Below, in pieces: positions 32,201-42,574 of a stretch of 64,000 nt of DNA; position 1 is the stretch's first letter, and every line of letters begins with the position of its first letter. Origin of the DNA: Acidobacteriota bacterium (GTDB lineage Bacteria; Acidobacteriota; UBA6911). The DNA lies in contig OY761556.1 of assembly GCA_963664705.1 (NCBI GenBank), positions 4,704,001 to 4,768,000 of the forward strand. Reading direction: 5' to 3'. A model generated the notes under the pieces. That model worked only from the letters and a program-made list of their open reading frames with translations, was not told the origin of the DNA and made no database searches. A program made the position numbers and the translations under genes.

Positions 32201-33124
32201 TCACATCCCCATCATCGAAAATGCGCCATGATGTTGAGTGGGAATGGTAGTCATTATTCCTCCGGTCATTAATAGCCCGAGCGTAACAACTCCCTCGCCA
32301 GATGCATCTATTTGTATGAAGCCGTGAAATGCCCCGGGAATTGCGCTTCCAAAGAGTGAATCTTCGTCAACAAAACGAGCGATCTGATTCCCTGGCGGCA
32401 AGGTCAGTTGTCTGGTTGCAACCGTCTCACCATTCGTGTTTTTGAGGGTCAGCTGCACTGTAGCGGATTGCGCACTGGTATTCACAATTGCCAGGCCGGT
32501 GTCGATCCCCTCCTGAACCTGAACAGGAGTCAGTGATGTAAGATAGCGCTGCATTTCATAAATGCTGGGAATTACGCCCGCGCGGGAAACCACCTGTCCG
32601 CTATCCTGATAAGTATAATAGGCGGTTGCCATGATCCGGTTGGCGCGCATCATCTGCTGTCCGTTCATCATACCCCAGGCATTGGATCCGTCATCATTCA
32701 CTGTTATCAATGCCCATCCGGAAGTAATGCCTCCGGCCGCAGTCATATCCAGGGACATGGAATCAGAGGCGGCAAGCGTGAAAGCAAACTGGGAAACCGG
32801 GCTGGAACCATTGATGCTGACCGGGAGAGGCGATCCATCCTGATGATAGAAGTAAATGTTCCCCGTTAACTGCAGTGTCAGGGGCGTCATCCAGGGCATC
32901 TGAACCATATTGCCCATATTGAAAAGTAGAATGGATGTGGTGTATTGCCCACCCACAGCAAACTGAGGCACAACCATGTTTTCATCCAATTCGTGCCCCT
33001 GATACCCGGACAGAGTCGGCAACGGAGTCCCCATCATCATCCCTGTATTCTGAGCTGAAGCGAGGCAGGTGGAAATGGCAAGAGCGCAGAATGCCATCAT
33101 GCATCTTGTTGAAAACTTATTCAT
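32201..33124 (-). CDS. Secreted Met-rich hypothetical protein (paralog of the N-domain of 53074..54165)
   Basis: Signal peptide; PQFAVGGQYTT and TGLAIVN motifs; GGAG RBS. Confidence 0.75.
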   Translation of the reverse strand: MNKFSTRCMMAFCALAISTCLASAQNTGMMMGTPLPTLSGYQGHELDENMVVPQFAVGGQYTTSILLFNMGNMVQMPWMTPLTLQLTGNIYFYHQDGSPLPVSINGSSPVSQFAFTLAASDSMSLDMTAAGGITSGWALITVNDDGSNAWGMMNGQQMMRANRIMATAYYTYQDSGQVVSRAGVIPSIYEMQRYLTSLTPVQVQEGIDTGLAIVNTSAQSATVQLTLKNTNGETVATRQLTLPPGNQIARFVDEDSLFGSAIPGAFHGFIQIDASGEGVVTLGLLMTGGIMTTIPTQHHGAFSMMGM

Positions 33125-33658
33125 ACCAACTCTCCTGATTGAAAGGCCTGGGTGGATCTGCCAGCAGGATAAGGCGCAGAACAATCTCAGTGTTGCAGTC
33201 ACGCCCACAGTTATTGTGATTATTTCACCTCTCCTCCATTTTCATCGTGAGCATGATCACGTCTTGCGGAGGGGTTACTCCAAACGATTAGGGGGCAATG
33301 AAGCCGATCCTTCCTGGCTCATCGCCCCCATACGATTAGGGACCTCAGGGCCGCTATCAGCAACATCCTTTACTGGTGGAAGAGTTCAAATTCGCATCTC
33401 CTCCCAGCGGTTAAGCCGGTTTGCGCTGCTAAAACCGGCAACCCATGCCGGCAGCGAATCGTAAACGCTGCCCTATATGATTACAGCACTCGGCGGGTCA
33501 TGGTGGGAATCCGTGTAAATGCCCATTCACGGATAGGGAGAATTACTCAAGTTAATATGCAATAATCGCGCAAGGCCGCACATGGAGGGTTTTTGAAGGA
33601 GCCGGTAGCGAAACGAGGCGGCCGATGATATCCGTCCCTGAAAACATGCGAGGATCCC

Positions 33659-35674
33659 GTGCAAGGAAATAGTCAAACCTGGAAGGTATTTGCCGGCGTT
33701 GCCTGCATTCTGCTCGTCATTTCGATTCAGATGGTGCTGACGGCGAATCGCAATTCGATTACGTGGGACGAAGATAATCACCTGTACGCCGGTTTCATGT
33801 CGTGGAAAACGGGAGATTTTGGCATCAATCCGGAACACCCTCCGCTGGTAAAGCTGGTTTCCGCCCTGCCTCTCTTGAATATGCATTTACGGGTACCTGT
33901 CACCCAGGACCGCTTCTTCAAAACGGAAGGTTTCCTGGGCGGGAAGGATTTTCTGTTCAAAAACGATGCCGACACCATGCTGTTTCGCGCACGCATGGCT
34001 TCATCGTTGTTCACTCTGCTGCTTGCGCTGGCCGTATTCTTCAGCACCCGGAAGCTATTCGGAACCGGCGCCGCGTTCATCGCTATTGCCTTGCTGGCCT
34101 TGGATCCCAACATCATCGCGCACAGCGCCCTGGTGACAACCGATATCGCCCTGTCGCTTTTCCTGTTTCTCTCGGTTTATGCTTTTTATCGGTATTCAAA
34201 AGCCCCTTCAGCCTGGAAGCTGATTGCCGTTGGGCTTTCGGCCGGCCTGGCGCTTGGTTCGAAACACACCGGCATTCTTGTCTTCCCTATCCTTTTATTG
34301 CTGGCCATCGTCGAAATTATCCGTCCCGATGAGGATTTGAAAGTTGCACGCAAGCGGCAGATCATCCGAATGGTCGCGGCGCTGGTCGTCGCAAGTTCTC
34401 TGGCTATCGTGATGCTGTGGTCATTCTATGGATTCCGCTACGCTGCAAGACCAGCGGGGAAAATGCTCAATCCTCCCCTGAGCGCATTCGTCCAGGGACT
34501 GCCCAGACCTCATGCAACGAAGCTGATCTCATCGTTTGCACAGCATAAATTATTGCCGGAATCATATTTATACGGATTAGCCGATGTTCTGAGCATGGAT
34601 GGTTTTTATCGAAGCTACGTTCTGGGCAAGACTTACCCCCACGGGGTTTGGTTCTATTTCCCGGTTGCCTTCGCCATCAAATCCACGCTGACCTTTCTCA
34701 TTCTGCTAGGAATCTCGCTGCTCGCATTCATCACGCGCTGGCTCACTATTAAAAAAGAGCATCTTTACCTGATAATTCCGCCCCTTTTTTATCTGCTTGT
34801 GGCGATGAGTTCGGGCATGAATATTGGAGTTCGCCATATTCTTCCCTTGTATGTTTTTGGGGCGGTGCTGCTGGGAGCGACCAGCTGGAGCCTGCTGCGT
34901 CGAAACCGTCAGTGGGCTTACATTCTTGCGGCGCTGATTGCTTTTCAGGCAATCTCGTCCTTTCGGACCTATCCGGCTTTTCTTGCCTACGGGAATGAGC
35001 TTTGGGGAGGTCCCTCCAACACATATAAATATCTAAGCGACTCCAATTCAGATTGGGGTCAGCAGCTCAAGTCGGTCAGGAAATACCTCGAGCGCCGAGG
35101 GATCCGCGACTGCTATTTCGTTTACTTTGCCGGCGGCGTTGTCGACACGGACTATTACAATATTCCCTGCAAGCTCCTTCCTACCGCCGATTCACTTTGG
35201 GTGAATGCGGAATTCCCCGCACCAGAGAGGATTACCGGGACGATTCTGATAAGCGCCGGAGACCTCTCCGGATTTGAGTTCGGGCCTGGCCCTCTTAATC
35301 CCTACGAACAGTTTAGGTCCATCCGGCCGACCGCCGTGATCGATTACAGCGTTTTCGTTTACGACGGCCAATTTGAAATACCGGGCGTTGCCGCCCTCTG
35401 GCATGCGCAGAGGGCCCAAATTCTGATGGGCAAAAAGGATTTCGCGGCGGCATTGGACGAAGCACGGAAAGCACAATCTCTTGCACCAGATACGGTGAAT
35501 CCCAACGCCTTGCTCGGGGACATTCTGATGTCGCTCCAGCGCCCGGCAGAGGCGAAGCCCTTCTATGAAAAAGCGATTTCTCTGGCAAAGACTGTGGAGC
35601 CGGAGTTCCAGGCTGGTCAGATCCCCAAGCTGGAGAATTCGCTGAAGCAAGCTCAAGGCTCCTCCGGGCAGTAA
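33659..35674 (+). CDS. GT-C (GT39/ArnT/PMT-like) glycosyltransferase with C-terminal TPR
   Basis: TWDE, EHPPLVK, many TM segments, DSNSDWGQ, TPR-like tail. Confidence 0.85.
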   Translation: MQGNSQTWKVFAGVACILLVISIQMVLTANRNSITWDEDNHLYAGFMSWKTGDFGINPEHPPLVKLVSALPLLNMHLRVPVTQDRFFKTEGFLGGKDFLFKNDADTMLFRARMASSLFTLLLALAVFFSTRKLFGTGAAFIAIALLALDPNIIAHSALVTTDIALSLFLFLSVYAFYRYSKAPSAWKLIAVGLSAGLALGSKHTGILVFPILLLLAIVEIIRPDEDLKVARKRQIIRMVAALVVASSLAIVMLWSFYGFRYAARPAGKMLNPPLSAFVQGLPRPHATKLISSFAQHKLLPESYLYGLADVLSMDGFYRSYVLGKTYPHGVWFYFPVAFAIKSTLTFLILLGISLLAFITRWLTIKKEHLYLIIPPLFYLLVAMSSGMNIGVRHILPLYVFGAVLLGATSWSLLRRNRQWAYILAALIAFQAISSFRTYPAFLAYGNELWGGPSNTYKYLSDSNSDWGQQLKSVRKYLERRGIRDCYFVYFAGGVVDTDYYNIPCKLLPTADSLWVNAEFPAPERITGTILISAGDLSGFEFGPGPLNPYEQFRSIRPTAVIDYSVFVYDGQFEIPGVAALWHAQRAQILMGKKDFAAALDEARKAQSLAPDTVNPNALLGDILMSLQRPAEAKPFYEKAISLAKTVEPEFQAGQIPKLENSLKQAQGSSGQ

Positions 35675-35844
35675 GGCCGGGTGACTCCGGTTCTCGCAGG
35701 CCAATGCAAGGCTAACCATAATCTGTTTATTTACTTATATTTATTTTGACAAGTGTTGGCTTGAGTGAACTCCTGCCCAGCTAAAATGTCCCGCCTTCCC
35801 TGTCTATAACAGTCAACAAATAGACAATAGATCCATAATTTAGA

Positions 35845-35890
35845 TTGAATGTCAACGATTGGCATGGTATAAATAGACACTTAGTCTATT
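35845..35890 (+). promoter_or_regulatory. Sigma70 promoter with overlapping operator palindrome (likely TetR site)
   Basis: TTGAAT-17 nt-TATAAA (TG-extended), then AATAGAC-actta-GTCTATT at 35872-35890. Confidence 0.7.
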
Positions 35891-35929
35891 GTATAGACTG
35901 TATGTGCGATACATAGAGGGTTGATTGGC

Positions 35930-36610
35930 ATGGGAGTCACGGAACGGAGAAAACGGGAAAGAGAGTCCAGGCGCGAGTTGGCCATTGATGCAGCGATGAG
36001 CATCTACGAAGAGGAAGGCTATCACGCCATTACCATGGAAAAGATTGCCGAACGGTCCGAACTGAGTCGTTCAGTGCTCTACCTGTATTTCAAAAGCAAA
36101 GAAGAGATACTGGTTAGTGCAATCCTGACCCACGCGGATTACTTCGCACAGGTTCTCACGGAGGTTTATGTAAACCGTGAGGATTCGAAAACCCAGTTAC
36201 TGGAAAAGCTGTGGGAAAGCTTCCAGAAATTTTATGAAAAAGACCCGGTGACCTTTACAGCCTGGCAGTACTTCCACCAACGGGACGTCGTCGGCAGTCT
36301 TCCGGAGGAATTGCGCGACAGCCTTCACCAGGCAGGAGCCCGTGTCGTGGCTCTCCAGCACAAAATTATCGCTTACGCCATCGAACAAGGCGTGTTTGTC
36401 GAATGCGATCACCGAACGCTGGCGGAAGTCATTTGGTCTGCCTTTTTGGGCATCATCTATATAGAGCGCAGTAAGAAGGCCTTCTCCCGCAAGAACCACC
36501 AGAATGCCACGCAGGATATGGCAAGGAACATCCTGGCGCAGGGTGTGGTTAAGGCTATATCGTTGGAAATAAACAATTTCGATCTGGAGTTCAGGCGGAT
36601 TATTCAATAG
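35930..36610 (+). CDS. TetR/AcrR family regulator
   Basis: TMEKIAERSELSRSVLYLYFKSKEE HTH. Confidence 0.93.
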   Translation: MGVTERRKRERESRRELAIDAAMSIYEEEGYHAITMEKIAERSELSRSVLYLYFKSKEEILVSAILTHADYFAQVLTEVYVNREDSKTQLLEKLWESFQKFYEKDPVTFTAWQYFHQRDVVGSLPEELRDSLHQAGARVVALQHKIIAYAIEQGVFVECDHRTLAEVIWSAFLGIIYIERSKKAFSRKNHQNATQDMARNILAQGVVKAISLEINNFDLEFRRIIQ

Positions 36611-36620
36611 GGAGCATCGT

Positions 36621-37502
36621 GTGAAGGATTTTGAGTATTTCAGACCCACAAGCGTTCATGAAGCCTTGAACCTGTATGAGAAAAGCGCATCCACCGCAAA
36701 GCTCCTTGCAGGGGGTACGGAACTCGTCAATGAGATGCGCATGGGAAAGACACAGCCGCAGCAGATCATCGACCTGAAATTCATCTTGTCAATGGATTAC
36801 ATGGATCTCGGAGAACAGGGACTGAAAATTGGCGCTCTCTATCGCGTCCGGGATGCAGAGCAGTCCGTTGCACTCAAGCAGAGCCCATATAATGCGTTGA
36901 GCTATGCCGCGAGCACATTAGGATCGCCGCAGGTAAGAAACAAGGCCACCATTGTAGGAAATCTCTGTCGCTGCTCTCCCTCCGCGGACCTGATTCCGCC
37001 GCTTATTGCCTTGAACGCCACGGCACGGATTATGGCGAACAATGCCACCGAGCGCACCACGCCGGTGGAAAATTTGCTGGTTGGCCCCGGCAAAACTTCC
37101 CTGGCTGAGGGCGAAATCGTAACAGACCTGGAAATTCCCCCCATGCCGCCACATGCGGGATGCGCGTATTACAAGCTAAGTCCGCGAAAGTCGCTCGACC
37201 TGGCGGTTGTGGGTGTTGCCGCGATGGTGCGACTCAACCCGCAGCACTCGGAATGTCTGGAAGCCCGCATTGCTCTCGGCGCTGTTGCTCCCACAACCAT
37301 TCGCGCCCGCAGGGCGGAGTTGATGCTGGCAGGTCGACGGCTGACGCCCAAACTGATTGAAGAAGCAGCCCAAAAAGCTTCAGAAGACGCAAAACCGATC
37401 GACGATGTGCGAGCCACCGCCTGGTACCGTAGAAAAATGGTTGCGGTAGCCACAAAACGCGCCATCGTCCTCGCCCTAGAACAGATTCAGACGAGGAGCT
37501 AG
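36621..37502 (+). CDS. Xanthine dehydrogenase family FAD subunit (CoxM/CutM-like)
   Basis: LAGGTEL, QVRNKATIVGNL and PIDDVRATAWYR motifs. Confidence 0.93.
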   Translation: MKDFEYFRPTSVHEALNLYEKSASTAKLLAGGTELVNEMRMGKTQPQQIIDLKFILSMDYMDLGEQGLKIGALYRVRDAEQSVALKQSPYNALSYAASTLGSPQVRNKATIVGNLCRCSPSADLIPPLIALNATARIMANNATERTTPVENLLVGPGKTSLAEGEIVTDLEIPPMPPHAGCAYYKLSPRKSLDLAVVGVAAMVRLNPQHSECLEARIALGAVAPTTIRARRAELMLAGRRLTPKLIEEAAQKASEDAKPIDDVRATAWYRRKMVAVATKRAIVLALEQIQTRS

Positions 37503-37510
37503 ATCTCATC

Positions 37511-38077
37511 ATGGAACAGATTATTCATTTGAACATAAACGGCGAGGAACACGATGTGCTGGCGCACCCCGGAGAATCACTGCTCGATGTACTCCGGAAC
37601 AGATTGTTCCTCACCGGCACAAAGCAAGGGTGCAATGAAGGGGATTGCGGGGCATGCACCGTAATTATGGAAGGACGCCCCGTAAATGCCTGCCTCGTAC
37701 TTGCCGTCGAAGCCGTCGGGCAGAAGATACTCACGATAGAGGGCCTGGCCAATGGATCCAAACTGCACCCGCTGCAAGAAGCTTTTCTAAAATACGGCGG
37801 CTTCCAGTGCGGCTTTTGCACACCCGGAATGTTGTTGTCCGCAAAATCGCTGATCGAGCAGAATCCGGATCCCACGGATGAAGAGATCAAGCAAGGCATA
37901 TCCGGCAATCTCTGCCGATGTACCGGGTACGCAAAGATCGTCGAGTCGATCCGCGAAGCCGCGCGCGTCATGAGGGGCGCGGAAAAGAAATCAGGCCATA
38001 AACGCCGCCACCAACATAAAAAAGCGCATGGAGATTTACCTGCCAATCATGCCGTCGCGCAGGAAAGTCCTATCTAA
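37511..38077 (+). CDS. Xanthine dehydrogenase family 2x[2Fe-2S] subunit (CoxS-like)
   Basis: GCNEGDCGAC, QCGFCTPG and NLCRCTGY motifs. Confidence 0.95.
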   Translation: MEQIIHLNINGEEHDVLAHPGESLLDVLRNRLFLTGTKQGCNEGDCGACTVIMEGRPVNACLVLAVEAVGQKILTIEGLANGSKLHPLQEAFLKYGGFQCGFCTPGMLLSAKSLIEQNPDPTDEEIKQGISGNLCRCTGYAKIVESIREAARVMRGAEKKSGHKRRHQHKKAHGDLPANHAVAQESPI

Positions 38078-38143
38078 GGTGCGGCGACCGAAAACTGAAC
38101 GGCGATAGCTCGAATCTTTCAGGTTTGATTTGGAGAAGACACA

Positions 38144-40582
38144 ATGCTCGATCATTACAACAAGGTTGTAACCAAGGTAATGGATGAACTGGAAAGCGAT
38201 GTCCGGGAATCCAGCGGACAAATTCTCATTGATACCGACGCGGAAAAGGCCGAAGAGGAAGGCGAGCTCACCGGGGCACTTGCTCATAAAACTCACACAG
38301 TGCTCGGTCAAAGAATACGTGCGGTCGATGGAACAGAGAAAGTAACCGGAGCCGCTCTCTATACCGTGGACATGCATCTCCACAATATGCTGTTCGGAAA
38401 GATCCTGCGCAGTCCGTATCCTCACGCCAAAATCGTCAAAATAGATACCAGCAGGGCTGAAAGATATCCGGGCGTCAAGGCCATCGTGACCGCGAAAGAC
38501 ACCATCGGCGCGAAAAATGGCATCTGGCGGCGCTATACCAATCTTTGTGACGAGGAGATCTTGTGCAGCGATCGCGTGCGCTATATCGGCGATTCCGTTG
38601 CGGCTGTCGCCGCGGTGACGGAGGATTGTGCCGAAGAGGCCTTAAAACTCATCGATGTGCAATATGAAGTTCTGCCGGCTGTCATCGATCCAAGAGAAGC
38701 GATCAAGAAGGGCACGGTCGCGCTACACGACCATGCCGGCAGGAATGTAAACATCACGCGTCACCTTGAATGGGGAGATGTAGATAAGGCCTTCGACAAG
38801 TGCTATCACATCCGGGAAGATCGCTTTTATTGCTCCAGCCAGTTTCATGCCTGCATGGAGACCCATGCCAGCGTCGCAAGTTGGGGACATGACGGCAGGC
38901 TGACGCTATATACGTCCTGCCAATCCCAATACTACATTCAGATCCTGCTTGCCGGCATGTTGGGGCTGAGCGAAAGTGACGTCCGGGTTATTCGGCCGCA
39001 CACCGGCGGCGGCTTCGGCGGTAAATTATCGCTGGACTCTTCGCAGTTTTGCGCCTCGCTGCTGTCCATGAAATGCAGCCGGCCGGTCAAAATTGTCCTG
39101 ACGCGCGAAGAGGATTTCATCGCGACCCGTCGACGCACTCCGATGGATTATTACATCAAACTCGGAGCCAGAAGAGACGGCACCCTGCTCGCCAAAGAAG
39201 TGAAAGTAATCACGGAAGGCGGAGCTTACACGGGCATGGGGGCTACGGCACTCTATCTGACCGGCTTTTTCTCCTCGTTCCCCTATAAATACCCCAACTA
39301 CCGTTACGACGGATTGCGTACGTATACAAATACTGAAGGCACCTCCGCCATGCGCGGCTTCGGCGCTCCGCAGGCAATGTTCTGCGGGGAATCACAAATC
39401 GATATGATCGCCGAGGACCTCGGCATCGATCCGGTTGAAATCCGAAGAAAAAATGGCATGACTGCCAACTATAGAGTCCCGGGACAGGCAATCATTCAAA
39501 GCTGCGGACTTCAGGAATGCATCAACGCCATTGACAAGTACATCCGAAAGCGCGGCAAACTCCCGGAAAATCACGGTATTGGCATCGCCGCCTACGGATT
39601 CATGTCCGGCGGCATCTTTAACTGGATTGACACGCCCTATGCTTTCTCGGCAGCCATTGTAAAAATCAACATAGACGGAAAGGTGGATCTCTTCACCGGT
39701 GCGGTGGATACCGGCCAGGGCGCCAATACAACCCTGTGTATGATTTGCGCCGAGGAACTGGGTATTCACGTCAGCGATATCCGATTGCACACGGGCGATA
39801 CCGCTGTCTGCCCCGTCGATTTGGGCAACTGGGGAAGCCGCACAACCCTTATGAACGGCAATGCAGTAAAAATGGCCGCAGCCGATGCAAAAAGGCAGCT
39901 TCTGCATTTTGCAATTGCCCGGCTTCAGCCGAATGTGATCTACGACCTTGATATCAAGGACCACTGGGTGCACCTGGTATCCCGTCCGGAGCGCGGCATC
40001 TCCTACTTCGATGTAGTCCAGGACGCCATCAAGGGCAGCGAGGGACAGAATATCATCGGCCGGGGCCACTACACTCCACATCGCAAAGGCATGATCTCTC
40101 CGGCCTACAGCTTTGGCGTACAGGCGGTTGAAGTAAAGGTGGACATCGAGACCGGAAAAGTCGAACTCGTGAATGCAGCCACCGCACATGAAAGCGGTAC
40201 CGTCGTTAACCCGATCGGGTTGGAAGGTCAGCTGGATGGTGCATTCCATATGGCCGCGGGATACGCGCTGACCGAAGAAGTTAAAATGAAGGACGGCAGG
40301 ATACTAAATCCGAATTTCCGGGATTATAAATTGCTGCTTGCCCCGGATATGCCGGAAAACGAGGTGCTCGAGATTGACACCTATGAACCGGAAGGCCCCT
40401 TCGGCGCCAAGGAAGCCGGAGAAGGACTGACCAATCCAACGGCCGGAGCCATCGGCAATGCCGTCTACAATGCGGTCGGAGTTCGCATTACGGAGCTTCC
40501 CATAACGCCGGAGAAAGTTCTCAGAGCACTTGAGGAAAAAGCTGCGGCAGCAAAAGACGACGACCATCAAATTGTTGCGTAA
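38144..40582 (+). CDS. Xanthine dehydrogenase family Mo subunit (HcrA/NdhL-like)
   Basis: GGGFGGK, AMRGFG, GQGANT and GAKEAGE (catalytic Glu retained). Confidence 0.93.
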   Translation: MLDHYNKVVTKVMDELESDVRESSGQILIDTDAEKAEEEGELTGALAHKTHTVLGQRIRAVDGTEKVTGAALYTVDMHLHNMLFGKILRSPYPHAKIVKIDTSRAERYPGVKAIVTAKDTIGAKNGIWRRYTNLCDEEILCSDRVRYIGDSVAAVAAVTEDCAEEALKLIDVQYEVLPAVIDPREAIKKGTVALHDHAGRNVNITRHLEWGDVDKAFDKCYHIREDRFYCSSQFHACMETHASVASWGHDGRLTLYTSCQSQYYIQILLAGMLGLSESDVRVIRPHTGGGFGGKLSLDSSQFCASLLSMKCSRPVKIVLTREEDFIATRRRTPMDYYIKLGARRDGTLLAKEVKVITEGGAYTGMGATALYLTGFFSSFPYKYPNYRYDGLRTYTNTEGTSAMRGFGAPQAMFCGESQIDMIAEDLGIDPVEIRRKNGMTANYRVPGQAIIQSCGLQECINAIDKYIRKRGKLPENHGIGIAAYGFMSGGIFNWIDTPYAFSAAIVKINIDGKVDLFTGAVDTGQGANTTLCMICAEELGIHVSDIRLHTGDTAVCPVDLGNWGSRTTLMNGNAVKMAAADAKRQLLHFAIARLQPNVIYDLDIKDHWVHLVSRPERGISYFDVVQDAIKGSEGQNIIGRGHYTPHRKGMISPAYSFGVQAVEVKVDIETGKVELVNAATAHESGTVVNPIGLEGQLDGAFHMAAGYALTEEVKMKDGRILNPNFRDYKLLLAPDMPENEVLEIDTYEPEGPFGAKEAGEGLTNPTAGAIGNAVYNAVGVRITELPITPEKVLRALEEKAAAAKDDDHQIVA

Positions 40583-40638
40583 AAAAGAACCGCATTCGTA
40601 TCCAGTTACTGATTGCGCAGAATAATCGAGGCTGAGTC

Positions 40639-40866
40639 ATGAAATATAGATGTCCGGTATGCAGCAAGATATGGCCTAAAAGCATGCTTGTGGCCAAGCA
40701 TGTCTTCGGAACAAACGACAAACCGCACAGGGATTGGGTGGACTCCCAGGGAGAAGCCGAGGGATTTACCTTCGACGATCTGCTGATTCAGCAGGTCACA
40801 ATGCCCGGGAACCACAGCTATCACAAAATGGCCGAACTTGTGGAAAAGGCACAAGCACAGCAGTAG
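40639..40866 (+). CDS. Small C2H2-type zinc-finger-like protein
   Basis: CPVC-x12-H..H pattern; GAGG RBS; follows the Mo-hydroxylase genes. Confidence 0.65.
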   Translation: MKYRCPVCSKIWPKSMLVAKHVFGTNDKPHRDWVDSQGEAEGFTFDDLLIQQVTMPGNHSYHKMAELVEKAQAQQ

Positions 40867-40887
40867 TCAAAAAGGAGACAGAATGTC

Positions 40888-40929
<42 letters not shown>

Positions 40930-40933
40930 TACT

Positions 40934-42574
40934 TCACTGATCCGCACGCGCCCGTGCCAATACCTGCATGGAAGAACCCGCGGCCGCTTCATAATACTTA
41001 GAAAACCGCTGCGGTTCTTCCGCGTTGTAGCCCTTCAGGTTGACCGCCCAACGATAGCCGATCGGCTGGTAACACAGCTCCGCCTCAACCCTGAAAGGGC
41101 CTTGGGCTGTGCCCGGATCAATCGAATACCGGACCCGGTCGCCTCCACCCACAAAATCCGCATCCTCCATCGCCTGGCCGGAAACCGCGATTTCCTTGTC
41201 TGCGGTTTTTTTATCGAATCCACGCGGAAGCAGCCGGTTGTCCTTGGCATATCGAACCGCATGGAGCAAACCGGTGGTCACACCGCCGTTGCTGTTGGTC
41301 ATGATCGCCTCGTAGATTTGCACCTGGCCGGCGCTTCGGATTTCCGTGTAATGCGGTTCATATTTCGATGCATCTGAATCGTTGTCATTATCGGCAATAG
41401 CTCCGGTTTGATTCATCGCGCCCGATTCGAATACTATCCGATCGCGACTGTCCCTCACGGCAACATGCAGCCACACTCTGCGCGAAGGATAGGCCGTAGG
41501 AAGCTTGTGTCCGCCGAGGTTATCTATGGTCACATCAGCTTCCAGCCTTCCATTGCGTATCTCCGGTTTCCCAACCGAGATTTTCGCCGCCTCGGATTGC
41601 AGATGCTCCTTGGTTCGATTGATGCTGTTGGTAAATTCATCCGGATCAGCCTGGGCATTCAACTCATTGCGGTAACCGTTGAGAATCCCGCCAATAAAAA
41701 AGTTGCCGCCCAGAAAAACATGACGGGCAACACCGGTTCGAGGAACGCCTTGAATGCTGGTGATGGGAACGCTCTCCTGCACAACCGGCATATGGCAGGA
41801 CTGGCAACTGCGCGTCTGTCGATACTGACTGTGCTGCCACTCCTGATAGGGCACCTGTTCGGGGAACTCTCCGATCGCTTTGCCGCCGGGATCGAGCGGT
41901 TTTGTAATCAACGTGTGGCAGGTGGCGCACAGTTCGCTTTCGCGAATATGGGCTGATTCCGCGGGGACGAAGCCGCCCGTGGAGGTTCGCATCACCCGGA
42001 CATGCCCGGCATCGGGAATAAATGGGCCAAATACCTGTCGGTCTCCTTGTACCGTGGGACCTCCAATAACAAAATTGCCCACGTAGCTCTCGCGCATACC
42101 CAGGTTTTCCTTCCCGATCTGGTGACATAGTGCGCATGAGACTCCATCGGCAGCCAATTCGTCGTCGCGATTTCCAGGCTGAAACCCGAGATGAGCAAAG
42201 ACGGTACCTTCGTGTCCCAGGGATTTCGACTCAAAGCGCGACATCGGCATATGGCAGATCGAGCATTCATCCTCGATTCCGGCGCGCGATTCCGGGTGGT
42301 CTATGGTCTCGCGACGCACGCCTGCATGCCAGTAAGGATCCCGTGCCGCATTCGCCATCATGGTAGGCTGCCAGGCTAGCCCGATCGAAATGTCCTCGCC
42401 GGCAGGCGTTGACAGGCGGTTGTGACAGACTACGCACCTGTCCGATGTCTGGAAATGAGGTACCGCCCTCTTGACGGCAGACTGAAAACTCCAAACGGAC
42501 ATTGTCAGTCCGGTTATGGTCAGCGCCATTAGCACGAACAAACGAAAATTCCTGAGTGTCTTTTTACCAGCCAT
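40934..42574 (-). CDS. Secreted pentaheme c-type cytochrome
   Basis: CVVCH, CSICH, CALCH, CATCH, CQSCH; GHKLPTAYPSRR motif. Confidence 0.88.
   Translation of the reverse strand: MAGKKTLRNFRLFVLMALTITGLTMSVWSFQSAVKRAVPHFQTSDRCVVCHNRLSTPAGEDISIGLAWQPTMMANAARDPYWHAGVRRETIDHPESRAGIEDECSICHMPMSRFESKSLGHEGTVFAHLGFQPGNRDDELAADGVSCALCHQIGKENLGMRESYVGNFVIGGPTVQGDRQVFGPFIPDAGHVRVMRTSTGGFVPAESAHIRESELCATCHTLITKPLDPGGKAIGEFPEQVPYQEWQHSQYRQTRSCQSCHMPVVQESVPITSIQGVPRTGVARHVFLGGNFFIGGILNGYRNELNAQADPDEFTNSINRTKEHLQSEAAKISVGKPEIRNGRLEADVTIDNLGGHKLPTAYPSRRVWLHVAVRDSRDRIVFESGAMNQTGAIADNDNDSDASKYEPHYTEIRSAGQVQIYEAIMTNSNGGVTTGLLHAVRYAKDNRLLPRGFDKKTADKEIAVSGQAMEDADFVGGGDRVRYSIDPGTAQGPFRVEAELCYQPIGYRWAVNLKGYNAEEPQRFSKYYEAAAGSSMQVLARARADQ

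Noticed and set aside
38144-40582. Aerobic CO dehydrogenase CoxL or 4-hydroxybenzoyl-CoA reductase assignment
   Set aside because: It lacks the AYxCSFR/AYxGAGR loop of CoxL, and the FAD subunit lacks the HcrB Fe-S insert, so the substrate cannot be assigned.
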